Virus record (IMG/VR): IMGVR_UViG_3300020814_000535
Direction: 5' to 3' (one strand)
Length of the DNA stretch: 64,000 bases
DNA from: a virus
Lineage: Duplodnaviria; Caudoviricetes
The translations under genes were made by a program, and so were the position numbers. Positions within the stretch are counted from its first letter, which is position 1; every line of letters begins with the position of its first letter. Below the pieces are notes generated by a model. That model did not search any database and was not told the origin of the DNA. It saw only the letters and a list, made by a program, of their open reading frames with translations. Shown here one piece after another: positions 49,357-57,841 of this stretch.

Positions 49357-50346
49357 CTACCTTTTTGTTATAGATTGACCAGAGAACCTAGAAAGCTGAT
49401 CAACAGCCGATGCTTTTCTTTCATGGCCCCGACCTCCCGAAATTGCACTCTCCCAAATTTGTTGTTGAGCACTAGTTAAATCTTGAGAAGAAGCTTGAAG
49501 CGAAGGTCTCCTTCTTCTAGGTGCAGCTGTTGTGCCTTCGGCCGCAAGAACATCTCCAACTTCTGAACCCTGTCCACGAAAAGCTTTAACTACTTTTGCT
49601 CGCATCTTTTCTTTTGCCCCTTCCATCGTTCGTCCTTCAGTAGCCAACTCTGTAGCGCTTCTTGTCCATCCCCAGTCAGGCAAATAGACTTCGCCTTTTG
49701 GCCCAATCATAATATTTCCAGCATGTAAATCTGGGTTATAAATCCCCTTCGAAGTAGCTCTCTCTAAAGACTCTTTCAGAGATTCTTTCTCTACTTGAGA
49801 AATCTCTGCTCCGGCAACATGCTCCAAATTCTTCCCAGGAAGAAACTCCATAAACATCCGTTGTTTGCCGCCCTCCTCTGTAAGATGATAAAATTCTGGG
49901 ACAGCAGGCGCACCTCTTAATTCCAATAAGGTCCTAGCCTCTTGGCTAAGATCGAGTGCTTTCTCAATACCTTTAAACTTATCTGCATCAGCTAAAAAGG
50001 TCCGTAAATTTGCTTCAGCGTTTTCATGAACAGACTTCGTGGCAAAACTAAAAATATGACCCCGATAACTACTTTTATATTTCTCAATAACACCAAACGA
50101 CCCTTCGCCTAATTTGCCAGCATAAATACCTTTCGCCATTGCTTCTTTAAATCCCTGACTTTCAACCAACTCTTCAAATGACATCCCAAACATTTTGGCT
50201 AACTGACGAACTCGGTCTGTCTTGCTTCCAAATACCGTATACTTCTTTCTTAATTGTTCAGCTATACCTCCGTGTCGCATACCTTCGATAGAAGGAACGT
50301 CATTTCTTGAATGCCAGAGATTAGCTGCCCAGGAACTAGTAGTCAC
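49357..50346 (-). CDS. Ser/Thr-type protein kinase
   Basis: GEGSFG loop, FATK lysine, MEFLPG hinge, PDLHAGN catalytic loop, DWG. Confidence 0.85.
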   Translation of the reverse strand: MTTSSWAANLWHSRNDVPSIEGMRHGGIAEQLRKKYTVFGSKTDRVRQLAKMFGMSFEELVESQGFKEAMAKGIYAGKLGEGSFGVIEKYKSSYRGHIFSFATKSVHENAEANLRTFLADADKFKGIEKALDLSQEARTLLELRGAPAVPEFYHLTEEGGKQRMFMEFLPGKNLEHVAGAEISQVEKESLKESLERATSKGIYNPDLHAGNIMIGPKGEVYLPDWGWTRSATELATEGRTMEGAKEKMRAKVVKAFRGQGSEVGDVLAAEGTTAAPRRRRPSLQASSQDLTSAQQQIWESAISGGRGHERKASAVDQLSRFSGQSITKR

Positions 50347-50381
50347 ACTCTAATTGTCAGGAGTTAAACGAGATTAGTCAA
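50347..50381 (-). promoter_or_regulatory. putative promoter for a leaderless kinase mRNA
   Basis: TTGACT-N17-GACAAT-N6-GTG, no SD. Confidence 0.55.
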
Positions 50382-50397
50382 ATCGGCGGGAGAGAAA

Positions 50398-51216
50398 CTA
50401 CTTTCCAGACTCTTCCAGAGCCTGAGAGATGAGATCTTCTGGAGAGGAAGCTTCTTCTACAGTTACTTCAATTACTTCTTGTTTTAGAGAACGTTTTAGT
50501 TTAGCCCCACTATTGGAGAAATCACTTTCATCTTTTTGTTTTAGGGCCGCCTTCTTCTTGTACTTCTCCTGCCTATCACCAACCATTAGTTTAATAACTC
50601 TGTCTTTACGAGCAGTGAGTTTCAATTTCAATTCCATCAGAGGAATTATCTTCTCTTCGTAGAAAACATTTCCTTCTCTATCTACATTGGAAACTGATTC
50701 TGCTACTAGTTCTCCGTATTGAGCTTTAGCTAGATTAGAATTGATCCGATAGAGGAGAAGTTCTGTTTCTGCTAGTTCCTGAACAAAGAAGCGGTCTGTT
50801 TGTGCCCCCGGATCTACTTCGTATTCTTCAATGAAACGAATCGTCCACTCTTTCAGGAGATTCAGCTCTACAGGACAGCTTCTTCCTTCGGGCATCTTGG
50901 AGATCTGGTAGAAAGGACAGTTAGAACCGAAGGGACAAGTGTTCCCCTGGCAGATAAGGGGAATCGCCGCGAAAGATCCTGTTGAAAGATGGGAGAGCTT
51001 CTTCCGAATGAAAGCCGTCTCTTGGGGAGAGAAAGAGAGATCCGAGTAATCCTCAGGAGAGTCGAGCATCTGGAGATAACGAGATTTAGCGAGAGTACCA
51101 CCTGTGGCTAATACCTCGCGTTGCTGCATAGCCCCACTAGCCTCTTCTTTCTCTTTTATTTTTATTAGTTTTTGAATGCTAGAATCGATTTTCTGCTCAC
51201 TCACGGGGTAGAACAC
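50398..51216 (-). CDS. Cys-rich protein, possible terminase small subunit (start uncertain)
   Basis: C-x4-C-x5-C...C motif followed by helical, basic C-terminus; upstream of terL. Confidence 0.4.
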   Translation of the reverse strand: MFYPVSEQKIDSSIQKLIKIKEKEEASGAMQQREVLATGGTLAKSRYLQMLDSPEDYSDLSFSPQETAFIRKKLSHLSTGSFAAIPLICQGNTCPFGSNCPFYQISKMPEGRSCPVELNLLKEWTIRFIEEYEVDPGAQTDRFFVQELAETELLLYRINSNLAKAQYGELVAESVSNVDREGNVFYEEKIIPLMELKLKLTARKDRVIKLMVGDRQEKYKKKAALKQKDESDFSNSGAKLKRSLKQEVIEVTVEEASSPEDLISQALEESGK

Positions 51217-51464
51217 CTCTTGAAGATTTCAGCGGCTTCTAGAACCAATCTTTTAACATCTTCGTAGTCTCTTTTTTCAAATAAAGTTATTGCCTTTTGT
51301 GCATAACTACAATTCTCTCCTGCAGAAGAGTTTTCACAGAAGTAGACATACATTTCGGAAGGATTCGAATCTGACGTCCCATCTGGAGACTTGATTCGTT
51401 TTTGAAGGTCATTGAGAACAACGAGAAGTTGTTCGAGGAGTTGTTGTTTGTTATTTGCCGGCAT
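51201..51464 (-). CDS. hypothetical protein
   Basis: 87-aa ORF overlapping its neighbours. Confidence 0.5.
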   Translation of the reverse strand: MPANNKQQLLEQLLVVLNDLQKRIKSPDGTSDSNPSEMYVYFCENSSAGENCSYAQKAITLFEKRDYEDVKRLVLEAAEIFKRCSTP

Positions 51465-51810
51465 CGCGTTTAGCCATCTGCTTACTAACGATTGGACCTT
51501 CCAGCCGACCTTCTTTATGGTAGATATCGGTGTACTTCATTAGGACAATCGACCTGTCTGGATAATCCGTTCCCTCGATTACGTAGGAAAGATTTGGTAA
51601 TCGCCGCGAAGAACTAAAAACAAACCTGATTACCTTTTCATCTTCAAAAACCTTCACCTTTACCTCTTGCCAATCAGATTGATTAACTCCTAGATAGGTC
51701 AGAATCCTTTCAGCGACTTCTTTCTTGTCGAGACCAATCATCTCAAAACCTTCAACTGTTAGTTTAACCTGACAACCGAATTTACAAGACTGTAGTTTTT
51801 GGAGGTCCAC
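51451..51810 (-). CDS. hypothetical protein
   Basis: 119-aa ORF; start overlaps the upstream stop. Confidence 0.55.
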   Translation of the reverse strand: MDLQKLQSCKFGCQVKLTVEGFEMIGLDKKEVAERILTYLGVNQSDWQEVKVKVFEDEKVIRFVFSSSRRLPNLSYVIEGTDYPDRSIVLMKYTDIYHKEGRLEGPIVSKQMAKRDAGK

Positions 51811-52178
51811 TAGTAATAATCCTTAAGACTTAACTGCCCGTTGTTTTCTCTTAACGTGAGACAAACATACTCCTGTCCCTGAGCCATTGGAATAAGTTGG
51901 CCTACATCAAACAACTCCTTATCAGAATACATCCTGAACTTACAAAGAATAATGTCTCTAGAAAACTCACTTCCTATTTCACATTCAAGGTTCAGCCAAA
52001 GAGTTCTGGGTATCTCTAGAAGTTTCACCAGCAGAAACAAATCATCGCTTTCCAGCCGAGGCTTCTTGAAATAACTCCTCATTACATGTCCAGGAACAGC
52101 AACAATTATTCCGTACCGATACTCCAAGCTAACCCTATTACTTACCTCTAAGATATCAGAAGTACCAGAAAATACCAA
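51810..52178 (-). CDS. hypothetical protein (start uncertain)
   Basis: 122-aa ORF. Confidence 0.45.
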   Translation of the reverse strand: MVFSGTSDILEVSNRVSLEYRYGIIVAVPGHVMRSYFKKPRLESDDLFLLVKLLEIPRTLWLNLECEIGSEFSRDIILCKFRMYSDKELFDVGQLIPMAQGQEYVCLTLRENNGQLSLKDYY

Positions 52179-52350
52179 TAGGAAGTCAATTTTGAAATAT
52201 TTTTACAAATAGAAATGGGGAAGTTGGGGAGAGGAGAGAAAATGCCTATAGAGAGGGAGATTTGGAAATATTTTCTGTGGGAGATAAGTGGCAGGGGAAA
52301 ATGCCAATAGGAGACTAAATTTAGAAATATTTTACGTGGGCTATAAGTGC
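52168..52350. repeat. three degenerate direct repeats at the strand switch
   Basis: GAAAATRCCWATAG at 52168/52238/52297; GAAATATTTT at 52194/52265/52324. Confidence 0.75.
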
Positions 52351-52503
52351 CCCAAGTATCGGCCACGGGTCCCATATCCTAAAGGGGACCCAAGTCGAAT
52401 CTTCGCATCGCCTTGCGATGCTTCGATCGGTTGCCTCCGAGTGGGGGCTCCGATGGTGCTCTAACCAGGGATGCTTCGCATCCCGCTACCAAGGAGAATG
52501 CCA

Positions 52504-52860
52504 ATGTCCCGTACCATGAATGCTCGCGAGCAACAACTGTCCGAGACCTTCCGCAATGCCGTGGTCGCTTCCCTCTCGGGAAGCTCCCGGACCATCCGCC
52601 CCGCTTTGCGTGGCTCCTGGTCCGAGCGCTACTGCGTGCTGTGCACGCAGTACGTTTCTGCTGCTATCGCAGCAGAAACGGTTGCTCCCAAGGATGACAG
52701 CGACGTACAGGCTGCTGCTCGGCGCAAGGCTAACGCCATGCGCCTCGCGGAGAACACCCTGCGCTCCGCTCTGCGCCTTGCCCAACAGATGTCTGAAGCC
52801 GTAGGTCCCTGGACCGTGTTCGAGGAGATCGCGTACTACGGAGACGCTGGTCGCGAGTAG
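52504..52860 (+). CDS. early hypothetical protein
   Basis: SD AAGGAG before ATG 52504. Confidence 0.7.
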   Translation: MSRTMNAREQQLSETFRNAVVASLSGSSRTIRPALRGSWSERYCVLCTQYVSAAIAAETVAPKDDSDVQAAARRKANAMRLAENTLRSALRLAQQMSEAVGPWTVFEEIAYYGDAGRE

Positions 52861-52916
52861 CACTAGCCTCCACTCTGCCCCTTCTACGGAGGGGGCAGGG
52901 ATGGGCGCTTGTGCCC
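52859..52916 (+). repeat. intergenic hairpin element, family A
   Basis: AGCACTAG...CTGCCCCTTC-TACG-GAGGGGGCAG...GGCGCTTGTGC. Confidence 0.6.
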
Positions 52917-52988
52917 TTTACGTGCCTTAGAGCGATTGTGCTACTAAGGTATGAAGTACTAACTGACTGGCTGGCTAAGGAGGATGCT

Positions 52989-53258
52989 ATGTACGATCAA
53001 GATGGACTGCTTGTGGACGAGTGTGTGGACGTGGACCTTCAGGTCAAGGACGCGCAGTTCGAGGAGGCGCAGGAAGCCTACTTGCATAAGATGGACGCTC
53101 TGCAGTTTCATGCAGAGCACGACTCAAACATTTGCCCTCTGTGTGGAGGGCGGATGTACTTCAACTACTCACTCGAAATGATGGTCTGCTATCGCTGTGA
53201 AGAAGAAGACCAAGAAGAAGTCATGCGCTCTGAGATGGAGCGCGAGATGAATCGGTAG
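52989..53258 (+). CDS. acidic zinc-ribbon protein
   Basis: SD AAGGAGG; CPLC...CYRC. Confidence 0.7.
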   Translation: MYDQDGLLVDECVDVDLQVKDAQFEEAQEAYLHKMDALQFHAEHDSNICPLCGGRMYFNYSLEMMVCYRCEEEDQEEVMRSEMEREMNR

Positions 53259-53310
53259 TCTAGTTTTGTCTGATCCCCTTTCGTAAGAGAGGGGTGAGGA
53301 GAACGTTAGA
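53259..53310 (+). repeat. intergenic hairpin element, family A
   Basis: TCTAGTTTTGTC...CCCCTTTC-GTAA-GAGAGGGG...GGAGAACGTTAGA. Confidence 0.6.
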
Positions 53311-53501
53311 ATGCCTCTAATTGACAAACTAACATAGCTGGAGACCATTCTTCCGGTAGGGAAGCAATGTGTTTGCCCCGCTTTCCTACTACTTCCTAAT
53401 CCTTTCGCACACTTAGCTTAATCACCTTCCCCTTGGGATGGGCAAAGTATGCTTTTGACCATAGGGGAAATACAAGTCACACTGCGTCATAGGAGAATCA
53501 C

Positions 53502-53858
53502 ATGGCTACCAAGACCTCGCAAATCACGAAGACCGCTGCTGCTGCTGGCATGATTACGGGGACCGTTGTTGGGGGAACTGGGTTTCTGGCCGCAGTTGGT
53601 GCTGGAATTCTCTCAGTAGTTTCAGGGGGTTTGATGGCCGACGTCCTCATGGAGGGCGTTGATCACCCCGTTGCTACTGAGTATAAGCGGCGGAAACAAT
53701 TCATCCTGGACGGTTTCAAGAAGGCTTTTGAGAAGCCGGCGAAACAAGAAACACCCGTCACCGACGGAGAACTCGAACTTCCAGGGATGACTGCCGAGGA
53801 AAGACAAGCACTACTTAATGCTCTCCTTAAACAGAACCAGGAAGCTAACAACTCCTAG
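53502..53858 (+). CDS. membrane protein with glycine zipper (paralog of 62295..62678)
   Basis: FLAAVGAG...SGGLMxDVLMEG shared between the two. Confidence 0.75.
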   Translation: MATKTSQITKTAAAAGMITGTVVGGTGFLAAVGAGILSVVSGGLMADVLMEGVDHPVATEYKRRKQFILDGFKKAFEKPAKQETPVTDGELELPGMTAEERQALLNALLKQNQEANNS

Positions 53859-54195
53859 TTATCAACACCTGTTACTCTAGGATTTACCCTGTTATTTCAT
53901 ATAGTTTGGAATAAGAGATAACAGGGATAAACACTAGAGTGGGAAACTATCTACTCCTACTCTCTCCCTATCTCTATCCTTCCTACTACTGTTGAAATAC
54001 CTTACTGACTATTTAACCTTATTACTATTTATCTGACCGATGGGATATTTTAGTTATTAGTTTGTCCCCTACCCTGACGTTCCGGGAAGTTCATTATTGC
54101 GCGCGTTTTCCCCAACCAACGGGTGTCCAACCCACAACCCCTCACTTCACTTTGGACTAACCTTGGCAGGTTAATGTGAGGTAGGAGAAAGAAGA

Positions 54196-54585
54196 ATGGA
54201 TACGACCGTAGCTGCTATCCTTGCCCGCTTCAAGTATCTGGTGGTGATTTTCCTGCGTCAGCAGGGGATCTCCATCCCCGTCGAAGCTCTTCCCTTTTGG
54301 AGGGAGAGCTACCGTCAGGCTGCACAGCTGTATGTGCAGCATTATTCGAATCCTCGGGCTCGTCTCGAGGTGACGAAGCTGATTCGACGGCATGCACGGG
54401 AGTTGGCGAGCGTCACTACGACCGCTCCTGCGTTTCTTACAACTCCTGCTGCTCAACCTCGTGTTGCTTCTCCTGCTCCTGCTGTCACTGAAGTTGATAG
54501 CGACAGTGAATCTGCGGCATTGACCCAAGCCCTGCTCAACAGCACGTTGACTTTGGGCATGCATGGTCTTGCCCGCCCGTCCTGA
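54196..54585 (+). CDS. early hypothetical protein
   Basis: SD AGGAG; Ala/Pro/Thr-rich linker. Confidence 0.65.
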   Translation: MDTTVAAILARFKYLVVIFLRQQGISIPVEALPFWRESYRQAAQLYVQHYSNPRARLEVTKLIRRHARELASVTTTAPAFLTTPAAQPRVASPAPAVTEVDSDSESAALTQALLNSTLTLGMHGLARPS

Positions 54586-54713
54586 CTTCACGGACGTTAA
54601 TTAAAAGAAGTCGTTGTGCCGAGCCAAGGCGGTTCCCGTGTAACTCGGGATTAAAACAACGTCCAGGTAATCAAACCTGGGTTTATCAACTTCCTAATCA
54701 AAGGAGAAGTCGT

Positions 54714-54896
54714 ATGAAAGAACTGAAGGCAAAGATGGATGAGCTGCTTGCGCTGGGCGATTATCAACTTGCCCGCGCACAAGAACTCCAAGATGTTGAT
54801 CCTGCTATGGCGCTAGCCTATGTCACTGATGCTGGCGAGAATTACAAAGCTGCAAAAGCTATCCTTCGCCAGCTGAAGACCCTGACCACCAGATAA
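54714..54896 (+). CDS. small helical-hairpin protein
   Basis: SD AAGGAG; 60 aa. Confidence 0.7.
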   Translation: MKELKAKMDELLALGDYQLARAQELQDVDPAMALAYVTDAGENYKAAKAILRQLKTLTTR

Positions 54897-54945
54897 ATGT
54901 TGTCCCTGTGGCTCTCATCAGAGAGCCCATGGGAGAATGTTTATC
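54892..54945 (+). repeat. intergenic hairpin element, family A
   Basis: GTTGTCCCTGTGGCTCT...AGAGCCCATGGGAGAATGTTT, near-identical to 58020..58080. Confidence 0.75.
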
Positions 54946-55017
54946 CGAAAGAAAAGAGGCGTTGGGTAACATTTTGTTGCCCCGCGTTTTCTCTTTTCTA
55001 ATTTCTGTACAAGGAGA

Positions 55018-55491
55018 ATGACAATGACGATGAACATCCACTACACGTCCAATGGTCACATTTCCACCTCCGGTTACACCAATGAGCCAGTTGGCATGTA
55101 CTGGAGCTGCTCCTGCTGCGGCAGGGCCGAAAGCATCGTCTTTCCGCCGAAGTACATTGCCCGGATCCTCGAGGTTCCCGAGGAGGACTTCGGGACATAC
55201 TGCAATGACAGCGTTGCTGCCGAGGCAGCAGATCTCTACCTTGCTGAAAATCCGGACTATCCTATTCATGAGTGCGAGTGCTACAACTCACCACTCGGAA
55301 TTCGCAAGCGGCGCCTTCGCCTCCAGGAGGAAATCAACAAGCTGGAGCAAGAGCTTCAGCTCATTGACAATCGTATCCATCGTTTGATGAAGCGTTATCC
55401 GTCGCAAGAACTCTATGACTGCTATTCACAGTATGGCGCTATTCAGCGTCAAAAGCTGGATCTCGCAGCTGCCCTTGACGCCCTGCTCTAG
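55018..55491 (+). CDS. Cys-containing coiled-coil hypothetical protein
   Basis: SD AAGGAG; CSCC motif. Confidence 0.7.
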   Translation: MTMTMNIHYTSNGHISTSGYTNEPVGMYWSCSCCGRAESIVFPPKYIARILEVPEEDFGTYCNDSVAAEAADLYLAENPDYPIHECECYNSPLGIRKRRLRLQEEINKLEQELQLIDNRIHRLMKRYPSQELYDCYSQYGAIQRQKLDLAAALDALL

Positions 55492-55553
55492 CACTAGTTC
55501 TGTCCGATTCCCCCTGGTGCGACAGGGGGATGAGGAGAGCGCTTGTGCTCTAG
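55489..55553 (+). repeat. intergenic hairpin element, family A
   Basis: TAGCACTAGTTCTGTCC...TCCCCCTG/CAGGGGGA...GGAGAGCGCTTGTGCT. Confidence 0.65.
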
Positions 55554-55582
55554 TTGTTTAACCCCAACAAAGGAGCTATTCA

Positions 55583-56035
55583 ATGTCAGTCAAGATCATG
55601 TGTGGGATTTCCGGTGCTGGTAAGTCCACCTATATCCTGAATAACTTCCCGACGGCTACTGTTGTAAGTGCCGACTCGTTCTTTACGGACAAGGCAGGCA
55701 ATTACTGCTTTGATCCCACGAAGATCGGGGAGGCACATGCTGAGTGCCTCCGAGACTTCGTCGGGATGGTATCTTGCGGCTATCACTTTCAAGACTGCCT
55801 CGTCGTTGATAACACCAACTGCACCGTAGCTGAGATTGCGCCCTATGCGGCGCTGGCTCAGGCGTACAACTGGGATCTCGAGATTATCATTCTCGAGTGC
55901 GATCCCGGTGTAGCCTACTACCGTAACGGGCATGGTGCCCCGTTCCACGTTTGCGAGGAACAAGCCGAGCAACTGGCTACCTTGGCGGATTCACTTCCGC
56001 CTTGGTGGCCTGTGACTCGCGTCAAGGTCGACTAG
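55583..56035 (+). CDS. P-loop kinase (AAA_33/polynucleotide kinase-like)
   Basis: GISGAGKST Walker A, VSADSFF, VVDNTN, RNGHG. Confidence 0.85.
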   Translation: MSVKIMCGISGAGKSTYILNNFPTATVVSADSFFTDKAGNYCFDPTKIGEAHAECLRDFVGMVSCGYHFQDCLVVDNTNCTVAEIAPYAALAQAYNWDLEIIILECDPGVAYYRNGHGAPFHVCEEQAEQLATLADSLPPWWPVTRVKVD

Positions 56036-56153
56036 TCTCAATCCCCTACCTCATCATAGATCTGTGGCCCAGTGTGCGACTGGGCCGGGGACTAACACCC
56101 AAGCGAAAGATCTGAAAGTCCCATTGAGCTTGGGTAATGCAAAGGAGCTGATA

Positions 56154-56426
56154 ATGACCATTCAACAACAAATCGAAGCACTGGAGAATCACCTTGCTCG
56201 TCTGGAGGGCTGCCGCAACGAACCCTTTATGTTTGGGCGTTGCAGCCTGAACTTCCAAATCGAAGACGAGCAACGGGCTAGCCTTCACAAGCTGGCTCGC
56301 CTCAAGACTGAGATGTATCTGAATCTCAGCGAGGCGGCCTACGACTGTGGCGACTACCTTGGCGGCTTGAGCTACAAGCGCACTGCTGAGCGCTATGCCG
56401 CCGAGGCAGACTCGTTCAAAGACTAG
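56154..56426 (+). CDS. early hypothetical protein
   Basis: SD AAGGAG before ATG 56154. Confidence 0.7.
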   Translation: MTIQQQIEALENHLARLEGCRNEPFMFGRCSLNFQIEDEQRASLHKLARLKTEMYLNLSEAAYDCGDYLGGLSYKRTAERYAAEADSFKD

Positions 56427-56484
56427 TACTAGCATTTTCCCTGCGGGCTTTCGCAAGAGAGCCCGTGGGAAAGCGCTGGTGCTA
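56424..56484 (+). repeat. intergenic hairpin element, family A
   Basis: TAGTACTAGC...TCCCTGCGGGCTTTC-GCAA-GAGAGCCCGTGGGA...GCTGGTGCTA. Confidence 0.7.
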
Positions 56485-56502
56485 CTAACCAAAGGAGGAC
56501 TA

Positions 56503-56664
56503 ATGGACAACTGGACTGACGAAGAGCTGGAGTGGGAAGCTCATGTTGAGCGCTCTCTCACTCCAATCGAATGTCCCGAGTGTGGCGAGTACATGAGCTA
56601 CTGCTGGCTACCTGACACAGTAGCTTACTGGCGCTGCCAGTGTGGTCACACCGAAGACATTTAA
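56503..56664 (+). CDS. small zinc-ribbon protein
   Basis: SD AAGGAGG; CPEC...CQC. Confidence 0.65.
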   Translation: MDNWTDEELEWEAHVERSLTPIECPECGEYMSYCWLPDTVAYWRCQCGHTEDI

Positions 56665-56690
56665 CAGCTCTCTCTAACAACCCCTTATCT

Positions 56691-56740
56691 TAATTCAACT
56701 GGTAGTGAGCAATGGTGCTCACTGCTATCTTTTCTTTTCC
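56691..56740 (+). repeat. hairpin + T-tract element, family B
   Basis: ACTGGTAGTGAGCA-ATGG-TGCTCACTGCTA then T-rich tract. Confidence 0.75.
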
Positions 56741-56765
56741 TTCTCCCCTGAAAGGAGAACGGACA

Positions 56766-57548
56766 ATGACCATGAACGCTTACGAACAAGACATCCTCTC
56801 CAGCCTCACCGAGATCGACGACGAAGCCATGGGCTTCACCTTCGGCCCCGAGGATGAGGACCTGCCCTACCTGCGCTGCATCGAGCGCAGGGACTGGGAG
56901 GTTGAGAAATACGTGACCGTGAAAGTCGGTCACTACGAGGAAGACAGCTTCGGTTTCCCGAACTGGATTCCTGAAACTGTTGAGCTGGATATCTCGTCCA
57001 GCTCCAACGATATGTCTGCCTACTTCACCAAGACGGGCAACAAGCCCGTCCTGGACTGCCAAGCTGCCATGGCTGACATCAATCGCAGCCTGGAGCTGGC
57101 AGACCCGAACCCCAACGGGTTCTACTATATCGGTACCGAGGGTGCCAAGAAGCGCTACTCGAACTACATGGAAATCGCGGTCTGGATTCACCAGAATCGC
57201 GAGAATACTGACCTGCTCCGTGCAGGCTGGAAGCACTTCTGCAACGAGCGGAAGGCTGCTGGTGACCAGCGTTGGCGCTGGCTCACCAAGAAGCAGATCA
57301 ACAACCTGGTACATCAGTTCGAGATGTACCTGCCTGAGCTGAAGCAGAATTATGAAACCTACAAGTTGTGGCTGGACAGCAATCGCTTCAACGCTGACAA
57401 GCTGCTCGCCGGCTGGAAGCGCTTCTGGAAGCGCTACTTCGATCTGAAGAAGGACGATGCTCTGTCGTCCTGGCTCAGCCCTGAGCAGATCTCCAATCTC
57501 ACTGCGCTGTTCAAGCAGTACAACCCGTCCTTGGGACGGAAGAAGTAG
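56766..57548 (+). CDS. acidic-N/basic-C protein (paralog of 59959..60597)
   Basis: SD AAAGGAG; EDLPYLR, ELDIS, GTEGAK and GWKxFWKRYF shared. Confidence 0.8.
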   Translation: MTMNAYEQDILSSLTEIDDEAMGFTFGPEDEDLPYLRCIERRDWEVEKYVTVKVGHYEEDSFGFPNWIPETVELDISSSSNDMSAYFTKTGNKPVLDCQAAMADINRSLELADPNPNGFYYIGTEGAKKRYSNYMEIAVWIHQNRENTDLLRAGWKHFCNERKAAGDQRWRWLTKKQINNLVHQFEMYLPELKQNYETYKLWLDSNRFNADKLLAGWKRFWKRYFDLKKDDALSSWLSPEQISNLTALFKQYNPSLGRKK

Positions 57549-57624
57549 TTCCGTTCTCTGCAGCTTCTCGAGCTGCAGTGACTCTATTCTTCTGAGTAGG
57601 GTCACTGGAGAATCGAGAACTTCT
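57541..57624 (+). repeat. branched variant of family A element
   Basis: CTGCAGC/GCTGCAG plus GTGACTCTATTC/GAGTAGGGTCAC, ending GGAGAATC. Confidence 0.65.
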
Positions 57625-57644
57625 AACCAAAGGAGGGATTGACA

Positions 57645-57827
57645 ATGGAGTACGGATTTCTTTCCAACGACCAGCTGATTGCCCACGGCAAGAAGCGCAT
57701 TGAGGAGCTGTTAGAACAAGCTGTTGAGTGCGAGTCGCGTGGTGCAACTGCTGATGCTGAGTACTATCTAAAGAACGCTCTGTTCTTTGAGAAGCGGGTT
57801 AAGGACTTTCTGGCCAACAACCGCTAA
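57645..57827 (+). CDS. small helical-hairpin protein
   Basis: SD AAGGAGG. Confidence 0.7.
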   Translation: MEYGFLSNDQLIAHGKKRIEELLEQAVECESRGATADAEYYLKNALFFEKRVKDFLANNR

Positions 57828-57841
57828 CCAAAGGAGAACTG

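Noticed and set aside
52148-52375. 75-aa minus-strand ORF over the repeats
   Set aside because: Translation mirrors the repeat sequence; no SD or recognisable motif
53321-53350. sigma70 promoter at TTGACA
   Set aside because: No convincing -10 hexamer at 16-18 bp spacing
56685-57686. 333-aa minus-strand ORF and similar antisense ORFs (22971..23615, 29240..29920, 31791..32360, 59938..60435)
   Set aside because: Shadows of well-supported genes on the opposite strand, with no recognisable motifs
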